Below, in pieces: positions 29,543 through 40,181 of a DNA stretch of 64,000 bases; the first letter of the stretch is position 1, and the number at the start of each line of letters is the position of its first letter. The DNA is from an uncultured Prevotella sp. (lineage in GTDB: Bacteria; Bacteroidota; Bacteroidia; Bacteroidales; Bacteroidaceae), in contig CAMCLD010000003.1 in the NCBI GenBank assembly GCA_945875635.1, positions 62,651 to 126,650 of the forward strand, given 5' to 3'. The position numbers and the translations under genes were made by a program. The notes under the pieces were generated by a model that saw only the letters and a list, made by a program, of their open reading frames with translations, was not told the origin of the DNA and searched no databases.

Positions 29543-30352
29543 ATGAACATTGTAGAAAGAAACTTATTCAGATTGTTAAGGGCAGGAGCATTCACTGACA
29601 CCGAAAGCATTGAGCCCATGTCTCCATACAAATGGAGAAGCCTTGTTGGAAGTGCCATCCATCAGGGGTTGACCGTGGAATTACTCAAAGGCATTGAGAC
29701 AAAGAATTCTGACAAATGGATGAACATTCCGGAACAACTATGTTGTGACCTACGGCGTAACATTGATGAAGCTCACAAACAGAAAAGGACATTAACGGAG
29801 AACGACATCAGGTTTTCCAGCAAAATGAAAAACCACAAGTTAAAATCACTAATCAACAACGAGCTCCACAACATTGACACATCGGTTGAATCTATTGACC
29901 TGCTTGAGATTATAATATCCAACCTGACAGACATGCTGAATAGCGATATTTATCTTGAGGGTATCATTAATCTCGGGCAATATCTCAGGAACAAAGGTGA
30001 CAAGGTGGATTTCGTGAAGATTGACCGTTGGCTTGATCAGTTGGGAATAAGAAAGATGGCAGAACTACAAGGAAGCATCCTTATAAGATTATTTGGATTT
30101 GAGAAAGACGAGATTCCGTACCTCAGGGCAGTAAGAAATGAGGCTGAAACGATAGCCATTAATGCCATTGCTAAAAAGAACAGCTATATAGCCAATAATA
30201 TAGATTCAGATAAAGATAATCAACAGGAAAGAGACAATAGAATTAAAAAGAATGTAAATAGAAATTTCAAATATTATAAATATGCCCCTTTGGAGACAAC
30301 ATGCAATGTTGTCTATAATATAGGTCGCTCAATAAAAGACATTGAGGAGTGA
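29543..30352 (+). CDS. Hypothetical protein, possibly a degenerate member of the uncharacterised nucleotidyltransferase family
   Basis: Start at 29543 (MNIVERNLFRLLRAGAF) avoids the NhaC overlap. Helical sequence with GIINLGQYLR and LIRLFG; no catalytic motif recognised. Confidence 0.6.
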   Translation: MNIVERNLFRLLRAGAFTDTESIEPMSPYKWRSLVGSAIHQGLTVELLKGIETKNSDKWMNIPEQLCCDLRRNIDEAHKQKRTLTENDIRFSSKMKNHKLKSLINNELHNIDTSVESIDLLEIIISNLTDMLNSDIYLEGIINLGQYLRNKGDKVDFVKIDRWLDQLGIRKMAELQGSILIRLFGFEKDEIPYLRAVRNEAETIAINAIAKKNSYIANNIDSDKDNQQERDNRIKKNVNRNFKYYKYAPLETTCNVVYNIGRSIKDIEE

Positions 30353-30405
30353 GTATTTAAAGAAAAAATAACATCATGAGCACAATGTATGTTATAATCT
30401 TTTAT

Positions 30406-30413
30406 TAACTTTG
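30406..30413 (+). promoter_or_regulatory. -7 promoter element for the DUF2723 gene
   Basis: TAACTTTG. Confidence 0.6.
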
Positions 30414-30455
30414 CAGCCATATTTTGATTATACAAAAAGTCAATTAACTATATAA

Positions 30456-33400
30456 ATGATGAAACAGTTTAGATTGGTAGATAACATAGTTGGATGGATA
30501 GCATTTGCAATTGCAGCATTCGTCTATTGCTCTACCGTTGAGCCGACAGCCAGTTTCTGGGATTGTCCCGAGTTTATTGTCACAGGATACAAACTTGAAA
30601 TAGGACACCCGCCCGGAGCTCCTTTCTTCATGCTTACAGCCAACCTGTTCTCTCAGTTGGCAAGCGATCCATCTCAGGTCGCATTGATGGTAAACATAAT
30701 GAGTGCTCTGTTGAGCGCATCATGCATCTTGTTCCTCTTCTGGAGTATTACCCACCTGACAAGGAAATTGTTGCAAGGAAAGGGGGAAGAATTGTCTTTA
30801 TCTAAACTTATAGCAATTGAAGGCTCTGGACTCGTAGGAGCATTGATTTATACTTTCAGCGATACATTCTGGTTTTCAGCCGTAGAGGGTGAGGTCTATG
30901 CCTACTCCTCCGCATTCACTGCTGTTGTATTCTGGCTGATTCTCAAATGGGAAGACAATGCTGACAAGCCTCATAGCGACAGGTGGTTGGTGCTAATCAC
31001 ATTCATGACGGGACTGAGTATTGGTGTCCACCTGCTTAACCTTCTATGTATCCCAGCCATTGTACTTGTTTATTACTACAAGAAATGTCCTAATGCCAAC
31101 CTCAAGGGCTCCCTCATGGCACTGGCAATCTCCTTCGTCATTGTAGCTGCCGTACTGTACGGTGTAGTTCCAGGAATCATCACTGTTGGAGGATGGTTTG
31201 AACTTTTCTTTGTAAACACAATGGGAATGCCTTTCAACACTGGCGTGATAGTCTATATCATCCTGCTGATATCTGTAGTCGTATGGGCTATTTATGAAAC
31301 CTATAACGACAATAGTCTCTCTCGTCAGAACATAGCGTTCACTGCATCTGTAGGCATGCTTGGAATACCATTCTATGGATATGGTTGGTCCGCGTTTTTT
31401 ATTGGAATTGTAATTCTGGCTCTTCTGTGGCTGGTTCTAAGAATAAAGAAAGAGGGTAAGACACTTGTTACTGCACGTTTAAAGAACACAGCTTTGCTTT
31501 GCATGCTAATGCTAATGATAGGTTATTCCACCTATGCCGTTATTGTCATTCGCTCATCTGCAAATCCTACCATGGATCAGAACTCGCCGGAAGACATATT
31601 CACACTTGGTAATTATCTGAGCCGTGACCAGTATGGAGACCGTCCCTTGTTTTACGGACAGGCTTATTCCTCTGAAATGGAGATAGAGGATATGGGCGAT
31701 GGCTCACAACGTTACAAGACTGAGAAGGGGTCTCCGATTTATCAGCGAAAGGAAAAGGTAAACGACAGCGAAGCCGATTCATATTTCATTGTCAGGAACA
31801 AAACAAAATACCTTTACAAGCAGAACATGGTATTCCCAAGAATGTACGACTCATCACACGCTGCAAACTATGAGTCATGGCTTGGTGGAATAAAAGGCAG
31901 GGAAGTTGACGGAGTCATTATACCCACCCAGATGGAAAACATAAAGTTTTTCCTCTCCTATCAGTGTAATTTCATGTATTGGAGATACTTTATGTGGAAC
32001 TTTGCAGGAAGACAGAACGACATTCAAGGAAACGGAGAACTTGAGCACGGCAACTGGATTACAGGCTTCAGCTTTATCGACAACATGATGTATGGCGATC
32101 AGAGTAAACTTCCTGATGAACTCAAGAACAACAAAGGACATAATGTTTTCTATTGTCTCCCACTGCTTCTCGGACTAATAGGATTGTTCTGGCAGGCATG
32201 GAAGGGAAAGCGTGGAATACAGCAATTCTGGGTGGTTTTCTTCCTGTTCTTCATGACCGGACTCGCAATTGTGATATATCTTAATCAGACACCTTCACAG
32301 CCACGTGAACGTGATTATGCTTACGCAGGCTCTTTCTATGCTTTTGCAATATGGTGTGGAATGGGTGTTGCCGCAATTATCGACTACTTAAAGAAATTCA
32401 GGCTCAACAATGTTGCCGTTTCAGTGACAGTGTCCTTGCTCGCATTGATTGTACCTATCCAGATGGCTTCTCAAACATGGGACGACCATGACAGAAGCGG
32501 AAGATATACGTGCAGGGATTTCGGAAGCAACTATCTTGCATCATTACAAGAAAAGGGCAATCCTATCATCTATACGAATGGCGACAACGACACTTTCCCA
32601 TTATGGTACAACCAAGAAGTTGAGGGAGTCAGAACAGACGCAAGAGTATGCAATCTATCATACCTTCAGACAGACTGGTACATAGACCAAATGAAGCGTC
32701 CGGCATACGACTCACCATCACTGCCAATATCTTGGAACAGAATTGACTATGTAAGTGGAACGAACGAATTTGTCATGGTTGACCCAAGCCTCAAGGAGCA
32801 GATTCTTGAATATTACAAGAGCTATCCTGACGAAGCAGCAAGGACATACGGCAAAGAGCCATTTGAACTGAAGAACATTCTCAAATACTGGGCACGCTCA
32901 AAGAATGAAGAAATGCATGTCATTCCTACAGACACCATTTATCTTACAATTGACAAGAATGCTGTTCGGAAAAGTGGTATGCTTATGGCTGCCGAAGAAA
33001 TTCCAGACAAGATGGTTATCTCTCTTGTTGGCAAACAGGCTCTATACAAAGGCGACCTTATGATGCTTGAGATGATCGCCAATTGTAATTGGACAAGGCC
33101 TATATATGTTGCTCTTACTGTAGGTTCGGAGAATTACATGAACCTTGGAGACAATTTCGTGCAAGAGGGACTTGTTAACAGGATTACTCCTTTCACGACA
33201 AAAGCTCCCGGTGCCAAGACATTTGACACGGAAAAGACTTACGATGCTGTAATGAACAAGTTCAGATATGGTGGGTTGAGCAAACCTGGCATTTATCTCG
33301 ACGAGACCGTCATGCGCATGTGCTATACACACAGGAGACTTCTCGCACAACTTTCATTACAACTTATAGCTGAGGGTAAGAAAAGCAAAGCATTGAAAGT

Positions 33401-33764
33401 GCTTGAGAAGTCTGAGAAAGAAATACCTTTCTATAATGTTCCTATCGGCACATATATAAGTGGTGGAGAGCAGATGGCACATGCATATATTCTGCTTGGA
33501 AAAAATTCCAAAGCGATAGAAATCCTCGACAAGATAATGAATAACAGTATGCAGTATGCCAACTGGTATCTATCATTGCAAGGCAAGGGATTTGCAATGT
33601 CACAGTCTGATTGCATGATGCATTTCCAGATTATGATGACTCTTATGCAATATTATAACGACCTTGATACGAAACGGGCTGACAAATATAGTGCCATTAT
33701 AGAAAAAATGGTTGCAACATACGAGGCTAAAGGTGGCAGAATGCCAGATTATTATAATAATTAG
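30456..33764 (+). CDS. DUF2723-family polytopic membrane protein (GT-C-like, TMEM260 homologue)
   Basis: FWDCPEF, HPPGAP, SAVEGEVYA, GVHLLNLL, RERDYAY and NGDNDTFPLWY motifs; about 13 TM helices plus a large soluble C-terminal domain. Confidence 0.88.
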   Translation: MMKQFRLVDNIVGWIAFAIAAFVYCSTVEPTASFWDCPEFIVTGYKLEIGHPPGAPFFMLTANLFSQLASDPSQVALMVNIMSALLSASCILFLFWSITHLTRKLLQGKGEELSLSKLIAIEGSGLVGALIYTFSDTFWFSAVEGEVYAYSSAFTAVVFWLILKWEDNADKPHSDRWLVLITFMTGLSIGVHLLNLLCIPAIVLVYYYKKCPNANLKGSLMALAISFVIVAAVLYGVVPGIITVGGWFELFFVNTMGMPFNTGVIVYIILLISVVVWAIYETYNDNSLSRQNIAFTASVGMLGIPFYGYGWSAFFIGIVILALLWLVLRIKKEGKTLVTARLKNTALLCMLMLMIGYSTYAVIVIRSSANPTMDQNSPEDIFTLGNYLSRDQYGDRPLFYGQAYSSEMEIEDMGDGSQRYKTEKGSPIYQRKEKVNDSEADSYFIVRNKTKYLYKQNMVFPRMYDSSHAANYESWLGGIKGREVDGVIIPTQMENIKFFLSYQCNFMYWRYFMWNFAGRQNDIQGNGELEHGNWITGFSFIDNMMYGDQSKLPDELKNNKGHNVFYCLPLLLGLIGLFWQAWKGKRGIQQFWVVFFLFFMTGLAIVIYLNQTPSQPRERDYAYAGSFYAFAIWCGMGVAAIIDYLKKFRLNNVAVSVTVSLLALIVPIQMASQTWDDHDRSGRYTCRDFGSNYLASLQEKGNPIIYTNGDNDTFPLWYNQEVEGVRTDARVCNLSYLQTDWYIDQMKRPAYDSPSLPISWNRIDYVSGTNEFVMVDPSLKEQILEYYKSYPDEAARTYGKEPFELKNILKYWARSKNEEMHVIPTDTIYLTIDKNAVRKSGMLMAAEEIPDKMVISLVGKQALYKGDLMMLEMIANCNWTRPIYVALTVGSENYMNLGDNFVQEGLVNRITPFTTKAPGAKTFDTEKTYDAVMNKFRYGGLSKPGIYLDETVMRMCYTHRRLLAQLSLQLIAEGKKSKALKVLEKSEKEIPFYNVPIGTYISGGEQMAHAYILLGKNSKAIEILDKIMNNSMQYANWYLSLQGKGFAMSQSDCMMHFQIMMTLMQYYNDLDTKRADKYSAIIEKMVATYEAKGGRMPDYYNN

Positions 33765-33771
33765 TTTATTT

Positions 33772-33820
33772 ACAAGCACACTGGAACATCATGACATTGC
33801 AGCATAACCAGTGTGCTTGT
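33772..33820. other. 13-bp perfect inverted repeat between co-oriented genes
   Basis: ACAAGCACACTGG (33772-33784) / CCAGTGTGCTTGT (33808-33820), with no U-tract. Confidence 0.65.
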
Positions 33821-33848
33821 CTGTTAGCAATTCACGCCAAGAGTAACT

Positions 33849-34460
33849 ATGATAATAGAACAACCGGCAAGATGGTTAAGGTGGCTATATCCCAAAGCTA
33901 TCTGGAGGATGAATCCAGAAGAACATTCCGTGTATCTGACCTTCGATGATGGTCCGATACCGGAAAGCACACCTTTCATACTTAAGACTCTTGATGATTT
34001 TGGAATTAAAGCCACATTCTTTATGGTTGGCGACAATGTTAGAAAGCATCCTGATTTATATAAACAAATTATAGACGCAGGACATCAGGTTGGTAACCAT
34101 ACATACAACCACATTGGAGCTTTCAAGCACTGGGCTATAACATACGCTGTAAACACAGAGAAAGCCAACAAACTCATCAAAGCCCATTTGTTCCGACCTC
34201 CGCATGGATGGATGAGACACAGTGAATACTGGTGGTTGGGAAAGTATTATAAAATAATCATGTGGGATCTTGTCACACGCGACTATTCAAAATGGCTTAC
34301 GGCTGATGATGTCCTCAACAATGTCAAGAAGTACTCGCGCAATGGTTCCATCATAACTTTCCATGATTCACTTAAGAGTATTGACAAACTAAGGTACGCT
34401 CTTCCAGCATCAATCAAGTGGTTGAAAGAACAAGGCTACGAATTTAAAATCTTTGAGTGA
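33849..34460 (+). CDS. Polysaccharide deacetylase (NodB/CE4)
   Basis: LTFDDGP, GNHTYNH, FRPPHG, IITFHD. Confidence 0.92.
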   Translation: MIIEQPARWLRWLYPKAIWRMNPEEHSVYLTFDDGPIPESTPFILKTLDDFGIKATFFMVGDNVRKHPDLYKQIIDAGHQVGNHTYNHIGAFKHWAITYAVNTEKANKLIKAHLFRPPHGWMRHSEYWWLGKYYKIIMWDLVTRDYSKWLTADDVLNNVKKYSRNGSIITFHDSLKSIDKLRYALPASIKWLKEQGYEFKIFE

Positions 34461-34467
34461 CAAAATA

Positions 34468-34500
34468 ATAAGCGTCCCGAAATTACAACGGGACGCTTAT
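34468..34500. terminator. Intrinsic terminator between convergent genes
   Basis: 12-bp stem ATAAGCGTCCCG / CGGGACGCTTAT. Confidence 0.75.
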
Positions 34501-34557
34501 CATATCATTATTATTCAATTGCATCTATAAGCATCGTCAGTCATTAACAAAGTGCAA

Positions 34558-36108
34558 TTATTTTGCGTATGCTACACTTCTTGTTTCACGAATGACTGTA
34601 ATCTTAACCTGACCAGGATAGGTCATCTCATTCTGTATTTTGGTTGCTATCTCGCCGGAGAGTTTCTCTGTCTCATTATCATCCATCTTGTCAGCACCAA
34701 CTATAACACGGAGTTCACGTCCTGCCTGTATCGCATATGTTTTGGTGACGCCTGGATAGCTCATGGCTATTGCCTCAAGGTCATTAAGACGTTTAATATA
34801 AGCCTCTACAATCTCTCGACGGGCACCGGGACGAGCACCAGATATCGCATCACAGACCTGAACTATAGGAGCGAGCAGTGTGTTCATCTCCATCTCGTCA
34901 TGATGTGCTCCAATTGCATTGCATATATCAGCTTTCTCCTTATATTTCTCTGCAATCTTTGCTCCATAGAGTGCATGAGGCAATTCGCTTTCATCATCTG
35001 GCACCTTACCAATATCATGAAGCAATCCGGCACGTTTCGCTTTCTTGGGATTTAGTCCCAGTTCTGAAGCCATGACAGCACACAGATTTGCGGTTTCTCT
35101 TGCATGCTGTAGCAAGTTTTGACCGTAGCTACTTCTATACTTCATCTTTCCGACTATACGCACGAGCTCAGGATGAAGACCATGAATACCAAGGTCAATT
35201 GCTGTACGTTTACCGGTTTCTATAACTTCATTGTCAAGTTGCTTCTTAACCTTTGCAACGACTTCCTCAATACGTGCTGGATGAATTCGTCCGTCAGCCA
35301 CAAGCTGATGGAGTGCAAGACGGCAAACTTCTCTTCGTATAGGATCAAAAGCAGAAATGACAATTGCCTCAGGTGTGTCATCAACAACAATTTCCACACC
35401 AGTAGCAGCCTCCAATGCACGTATGTTACGTCCTTCCCTTCCTATAATCCTTCCTTTCACCTCGTCGTTTTCTATATGGAAAACGCTGACCGAGTTCTCA
35501 ATGGCTGTTTCTGTTGCCACTCTCTGAATAGTCTGGATTACTATTTTCTTTGCCTGCTGGTTTGCATTCAGCTTAGCCTCATCTATAATCTCATTGATAT
35601 AGCTTGCTGCATCAGTCTTTGCCTCATCCTTAAGGCTCTCTATCAAACGGTTCTTTGCCTCTTCTGCGCTAAGTCCTGACAATTCCTCGAGCTTTTCTCT
35701 TTCCTGCGACTGCATTTTCTCAAGTTCTGCCTGTTTGTTCTGCAGCATTTTTTTCTCGTTGTCAATTCTCTGCTGCATTTGGTCAACTTCTTGTTTGCGC
35801 CTTGACAAATCCTCCTGCCTTTGGTTAAGAGAAATCTCCCTTTGCTTGAGTCTGTTCTCTCCTTGTTGAATTTTCTGGTTACGCTGTTGAACTTCCTTTT
35901 CCAATTCCGTTTTCTTGTTAAGGAATTTTTCTTTAACCTCAAGGAGTTTCTTTTCTTTTAATACTTCGGCGGTTTTCTCAGCCTCTTTCTCAGCCTGTTC
36001 CACCATTGCTTTATATTTTCCATTCAGTACATATCGGAAAATAAGATACCCTCCAGCACATCCAACAACAAGACATGCCAATGGGACGATAATCGTTGTT
36101 AAATCCAT
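34558..36108 (-). CDS. rny: Ribonuclease Y
   Basis: N-terminal TM, coiled coil, KH domain ([13 protein letters not shown]), HD domain (LLHDIGK), [13 protein letters not shown]. Confidence 0.96.
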   Translation of the reverse strand: MDLTTIIVPLACLVVGCAGGYLIFRYVLNGKYKAMVEQAEKEAEKTAEVLKEKKLLEVKEKFLNKKTELEKEVQQRNQKIQQGENRLKQREISLNQRQEDLSRRKQEVDQMQQRIDNEKKMLQNKQAELEKMQSQEREKLEELSGLSAEEAKNRLIESLKDEAKTDAASYINEIIDEAKLNANQQAKKIVIQTIQRVATETAIENSVSVFHIENDEVKGRIIGREGRNIRALEAATGVEIVVDDTPEAIVISAFDPIRREVCRLALHQLVADGRIHPARIEEVVAKVKKQLDNEVIETGKRTAIDLGIHGLHPELVRIVGKMKYRSSYGQNLLQHARETANLCAVMASELGLNPKKAKRAGLLHDIGKVPDDESELPHALYGAKIAEKYKEKADICNAIGAHHDEMEMNTLLAPIVQVCDAISGARPGARREIVEAYIKRLNDLEAIAMSYPGVTKTYAIQAGRELRVIVGADKMDDNETEKLSGEIATKIQNEMTYPGQVKITVIRETRSVAYAK

Positions 36109-36148
36109 TACTATGATTCTTTTATAAAATTATTAGATTATATTGTTC

Positions 36149-36448
36149 TCACTTCTTAACACCAAGCGTTTCCTCTATCTCAGAAGTTAGTTTTGTGAGA
36201 ATGCTACTGAAAGGCTTCGTATCATTCCTTCCACATTCTTTCTCATAGCGGAAGGCAATGTCTAAAAGTGCCATATACAAGATGTCTTTATCGGATTTCA
36301 TTCCCTTATAGATACTTGCATATGAATTCACTATGTCTGTTATGAACTTGGCTGCATCTCTATAATAACGCTCATCATCCAGATAAGTGTTGACATGCAG
36401 GTCAGTATCATATATATGTAACTTGATATGAAGTTTTTCTTCAGCCAT
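36149..36448 (-). CDS. zapA: Cell division protein ZapA
   Basis: About 99 aa, YYRDAAKFI...DILYMALL, in the conserved position next to rny. Confidence 0.75.
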   Translation of the reverse strand: MAEEKLHIKLHIYDTDLHVNTYLDDERYYRDAAKFITDIVNSYASIYKGMKSDKDILYMALLDIAFRYEKECGRNDTKPFSSILTKLTSEIEETLGVKK

Positions 36449-36455
36449 ACCACAA

Positions 36456-36749
36456 TTATTTGTCACTTAGGAGATTTATACACTTGTTCACATCGCGTAT
36501 GAGTCTTGCAATCCTTTTCTGCGCCGACTCGAGATCTACATCAGTAATCTCAAGCATCTTTGCCATCATAAGAGTCTCATACTCCTTTTTAGCATTGGCA
36601 AGAGAAGTAGTGAGTTCCCTTATCTTCGCATCCCTTTCGTCAACCATAGAGTATAAGTCATTGTTCTCCTTCTGTAACTCTTTGTACTGGAGGAGCATCT
36701 GCCTTACTCTTGTTGAGAAAGTGTTGATTAGTTTCTCATTCGCTTCCAT
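36456..36749 (-). CDS. Coiled-coil protein (ZapB-like) upstream of zapA
   Basis: 97-aa heptad-rich sequence ending LIRDVNKCINLL. Confidence 0.7.
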   Translation of the reverse strand: MEANEKLINTFSTRVRQMLLQYKELQKENNDLYSMVDERDAKIRELTTSLANAKKEYETLMMAKMLEITDVDLESAQKRIARLIRDVNKCINLLSDK

Positions 36750-36829
36750 TAGTCGTAGTTTTAAAAATTAATGGCAAGTCATGCTTTCATCATACCTTGT
36801 AAATAACAATCAATGCTTTTCAACATTCG

Positions 36830-37456
36830 TTACTTTGCAGCATCATCCTTTTTGGGTTCTTTTTTAGCAAGCATAACGACCTGATAGACAAAGTCTGTCA
36901 CCCATTGCTGTGAGAAAGCCAGACGTGCTGAGTATTTTCTGATACCAATAACGGTCTTCATGACCCCGGCATCGGAGAAATCGTTTTTGTTGAAGACATC
37001 GTTGATTGTCTTTTCTGTCATTGCATAAATAGCCTTCTTAAAGAAACCCGGCACTCTAAGCTTGAACTTCATTAAGTTACCTGTCAGCATCATCAGGTCC
37101 TGAGTAAAACCCTGAAACTGTATCAGATATGGCTGCACGTCTTGCAACTTCCTGCAATTTTTCTTGATGCTGTTGTCTATCTCTTCGAAAAACAAGTCTT
37201 TAGTACCATACAGGTCTTTGAGCATCTTCTTGCATCTTGTTTTCTCCCCTACTCCCAATTTGTTGTTTAGGGTCGGGACGTGCAAAGTTGACTTGAACAT
37301 TCTTAGGTCTGGAAGCATTGCAAGGTTAGTAATTCCAAGTCTTGCTGCAAGCGAAGCTTGGAAGTACACTCTTACCAGAGTCATGTAATCCTCCATGCCG
37401 CCAGACTTTTCCTTATCTTCAGTCTTATTTCCAAAAATTTTTGATAGAATTCCCAT
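36830..37456 (-). CDS. Hypothetical protein
   Basis: 208-aa ORF in the same orientation as its neighbours, with upstream -7 elements at 37525-37532 and 37598-37605. Confidence 0.7.
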   Translation of the reverse strand: MGILSKIFGNKTEDKEKSGGMEDYMTLVRVYFQASLAARLGITNLAMLPDLRMFKSTLHVPTLNNKLGVGEKTRCKKMLKDLYGTKDLFFEEIDNSIKKNCRKLQDVQPYLIQFQGFTQDLMMLTGNLMKFKLRVPGFFKKAIYAMTEKTINDVFNKNDFSDAGVMKTVIGIRKYSARLAFSQQWVTDFVYQVVMLAKKEPKKDDAAK

Positions 37457-37658
37457 TATTTATTATTAGTAATTATATAATCTACTTGCCCACGATGAAA
37501 CATGGTCAAATGTCAATTTGGTTACAAAATTACAAAAAAAAATCAGTATGCAACCATATAAAGACCTATTTTTTATATACTTCGGCAACAATAAAAGCAA
37601 AAGTAATAAGTTATGAGAAAAAAAAAGCTCATTTACTCATTAATAATTTATTTTTTTG

Positions 37659-37666
37659 TACCTTTG
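37659..37666 (+). promoter_or_regulatory. -7 promoter element for the wcaJ-rfbA-wzc locus
   Basis: TACCTTTG. Confidence 0.6.
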
Positions 37667-37791
37667 CATTCGACATGTAAGAAAATGATGAGAGTTGAAG
37701 ACCAACCATGTCTGACGTTGTTAATATATGTCGCTTTTAGATGTATCACACACGTGTATAAAAGAATCATAACTATAGAGACATACCTGGT

Positions 37792-39204
37792 ATGACGAAA
37801 AGGAACGGCACTTCATTAATCCAATTGATGGTAATTATTGGGGATATTATCATCCTCAATATTCTCATGCATATATTGGTTTCCATATATCCAGACTTTA
37901 TCCCTCCTTACGAGGACAACACCAAGATTATTCTATTTTTCTGTAACCTGTCGATGATTGTGGCACAGTTTTTTTTCCATCCAATCGTTACAATCAGGAA
38001 TATCGACTTTGACAGGATAACACTAAGGGTAATGTATCTTGTGTTGACACAAGCCACACTCTTTTTTATCACCACTAAGATTATATACAACAGCGGAGGA
38101 CTCTTTGAATCAACTCTTAAGTTTGCTCCTATGCTTTTCTGCTCTATCCTGTTCGCAAGAATCATTGAAAGGGGATTGCTGTCGCTAATTAGGAAAAGAG
38201 GCAGAAATGTAAGGAGGATAATGTTCATTGGCAGCGACCCAGCCAACCTTATGGTTTATAACGACCTTACCAAGGATGAGGGTATGGGTTACATGGCAGC
38301 TGGTTACTATAGCAACAACGATATAGAGAACTGTCCGGAAGGACTAAAGAAACTGGGAACCATTGATGAATTCTGGCGTTACATTAAAGAGAAGGATGAT
38401 GAGGGTAAAATACCGCATACAGACGACCTGTTCTGCAGCGTCTCGCATACAGAGGCGAGTTTTCTTAAGGACATCATGAGATATTGCGACAAGCACCTCA
38501 TAAGGTTTTATTATGTTCCAAGAATGTTATATAGCATAAATCTTGGACTCAAATCAGAAAGGGTTGGTACTATTGACCTCTACACAAACCACAAGGAGCC
38601 ATTGTCGGAACCAATCTGCCAGTTCGAGAAAAGGTTTTTCGACATTGTTACATCATTGATGGTGTGTCTCTTCCTCCTACCTTTCATCCCTCTTATTGCG
38701 CTTATTATTTATGTTCAGTCGCCGGGACCTATTTTCTTCACACAGAAAAGGACAGGTATAGACGGCAAGACATTCAAGTGCTTCAAGTTCCGCTCAATGC
38801 ATGTCAACAAGAATGCTGACACTGTACAGGCTACAGAAGATGACCCTCGGAAGTTCCCATTCGGTAACTTCATGAGGAAATACAACATCGACGAGTTCCC
38901 ACAGTTCTTCAATGTGCTTATAGGCGACATGAGCATTGTAGGACCGCGACCTCACATGCTTCTACATACGGACGTATATTCCAAGCTCATAGACAAATAT
39001 ATGGTACGCCACTATTACAAACCCGGCATCACAGGATGGGCACAGGTAACGGGTTTTCGTGGTGAGACAAAAGAGCTTTGGCAAATGGAGGAAAGAATAA
39101 AGAGAGATATTTGGTATATTGAACATTGGTCGTTCTCACTTGACCTGAAAATTGTGTTCATGACCGCAAAAAGCCTAATCATCTCTGACGAGAAAGCATA
39201 TTGA
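37792..39204 (+). CDS. wcaJ: Undecaprenyl-phosphate glucose phosphotransferase (priming transferase)
   Basis: N-terminal TM helices; KRFFDI, SPGPIFF, FKFRSM, IDEFPQFFNVLIGDMSIVGPRP, KPGITGWAQV. Confidence 0.88.
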   Translation: MTKRNGTSLIQLMVIIGDIIILNILMHILVSIYPDFIPPYEDNTKIILFFCNLSMIVAQFFFHPIVTIRNIDFDRITLRVMYLVLTQATLFFITTKIIYNSGGLFESTLKFAPMLFCSILFARIIERGLLSLIRKRGRNVRRIMFIGSDPANLMVYNDLTKDEGMGYMAAGYYSNNDIENCPEGLKKLGTIDEFWRYIKEKDDEGKIPHTDDLFCSVSHTEASFLKDIMRYCDKHLIRFYYVPRMLYSINLGLKSERVGTIDLYTNHKEPLSEPICQFEKRFFDIVTSLMVCLFLLPFIPLIALIIYVQSPGPIFFTQKRTGIDGKTFKCFKFRSMHVNKNADTVQATEDDPRKFPFGNFMRKYNIDEFPQFFNVLIGDMSIVGPRPHMLLHTDVYSKLIDKYMVRHYYKPGITGWAQVTGFRGETKELWQMEERIKRDIWYIEHWSFSLDLKIVFMTAKSLIISDEKAY

Positions 39205-39293
39205 CACATTATTATATATATACCATTAGGAATGCGGGAAGTCATACAGATCATCCGTTCAACATTGCAACAAAACGATAAAACATAAAAGAC

Positions 39294-40169
39294 ATGAAAG
39301 GAATAGTATTGGCAGGAGGTTCGGGAACACGCCTCTACCCTATCACAAAAGGAATAAGCAAGCAGCTGATACCAATATTCGACAAGCCGATGATATATTA
39401 TCCCATATCTGTATTGATGCTTGCCGGTATCAGGGATATCCTTATCATATCCACACCTCATGACTTGCCTGGATTCAAAAGACTTCTCGGTGATGGCAAG
39501 GAACTGGGATTAAGATTTGAATATGCAGAGCAGCCTTCTCCCGATGGACTTGCACAGGCATTCATAATCGGTGAGGAGTTCATCGGCAACGACTCGGCAT
39601 GTCTTGTCCTTGGTGACAACATCTTCTACGGCTCGGGGTTTTCAGCTCTTTTGAAGGAGAGTGTCAAGGCTGCCGATGAGAACAAGGCTACTGTATTCGG
39701 CTATTATGTAAACGACCCCGAGAGATATGGAGTGGCAGAATTCGATTCTGACGGAAATTGTCTAAGCATCGAGGAGAAGCCAGAGCACCCCAAGAGCAAC
39801 TATGCCGTTGTCGGACTGTATTTCTATCCCAACAGCGTCGTGGATATTGCAAAGAACATAAAGCCAAGTGCCAGAGGGGAACTTGAGATTACTACAGTAA
39901 ATCAAGAGTACCTCAAACGCAGACAACTGAAGGTTCAGACATTACAGCGCGGCTTTGCATGGCTTGACACCGGCACGCACGACAGTCTTTCCGAGGCAAG
40001 CACTTTCATTGAGGTTATTGAAAAGAGACAAGGTCTCAAGGTCGCCTGCATAGAAGAAATAGCATACAAGAAGGGTTGGATTGACAAAGAGCAGCTAAGA
40101 GCACTTGCACAAACTATGGCAAAAAACGATTATGGAAAGTATCTGCTTAAATTGATAGATAATAAATAA
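39294..40169 (+). CDS. rfbA: Glucose-1-phosphate thymidylyltransferase
   Basis: [39 protein letters not shown]. Confidence 0.96.
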   Translation: MKGIVLAGGSGTRLYPITKGISKQLIPIFDKPMIYYPISVLMLAGIRDILIISTPHDLPGFKRLLGDGKELGLRFEYAEQPSPDGLAQAFIIGEEFIGNDSACLVLGDNIFYGSGFSALLKESVKAADENKATVFGYYVNDPERYGVAEFDSDGNCLSIEEKPEHPKSNYAVVGLYFYPNSVVDIAKNIKPSARGELEITTVNQEYLKRRQLKVQTLQRGFAWLDTGTHDSLSEASTFIEVIEKRQGLKVACIEEIAYKKGWIDKEQLRALAQTMAKNDYGKYLLKLIDNK

Positions 40170-40181
40170 ATTGAAATAACA

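Noticed and set aside
36109-36148. 6S RNA between zapA and rny
   Set aside because: The gap is only about 40 bp, too short.
37457-37791. Invertible promoter or phase-variable poly-A tracts upstream of wcaJ
   Set aside because: No flanking inverted repeats or recombinase seen; A9 tracts (37534-37542, 37618-37626) are unremarkable in this AT-rich intergenic DNA.
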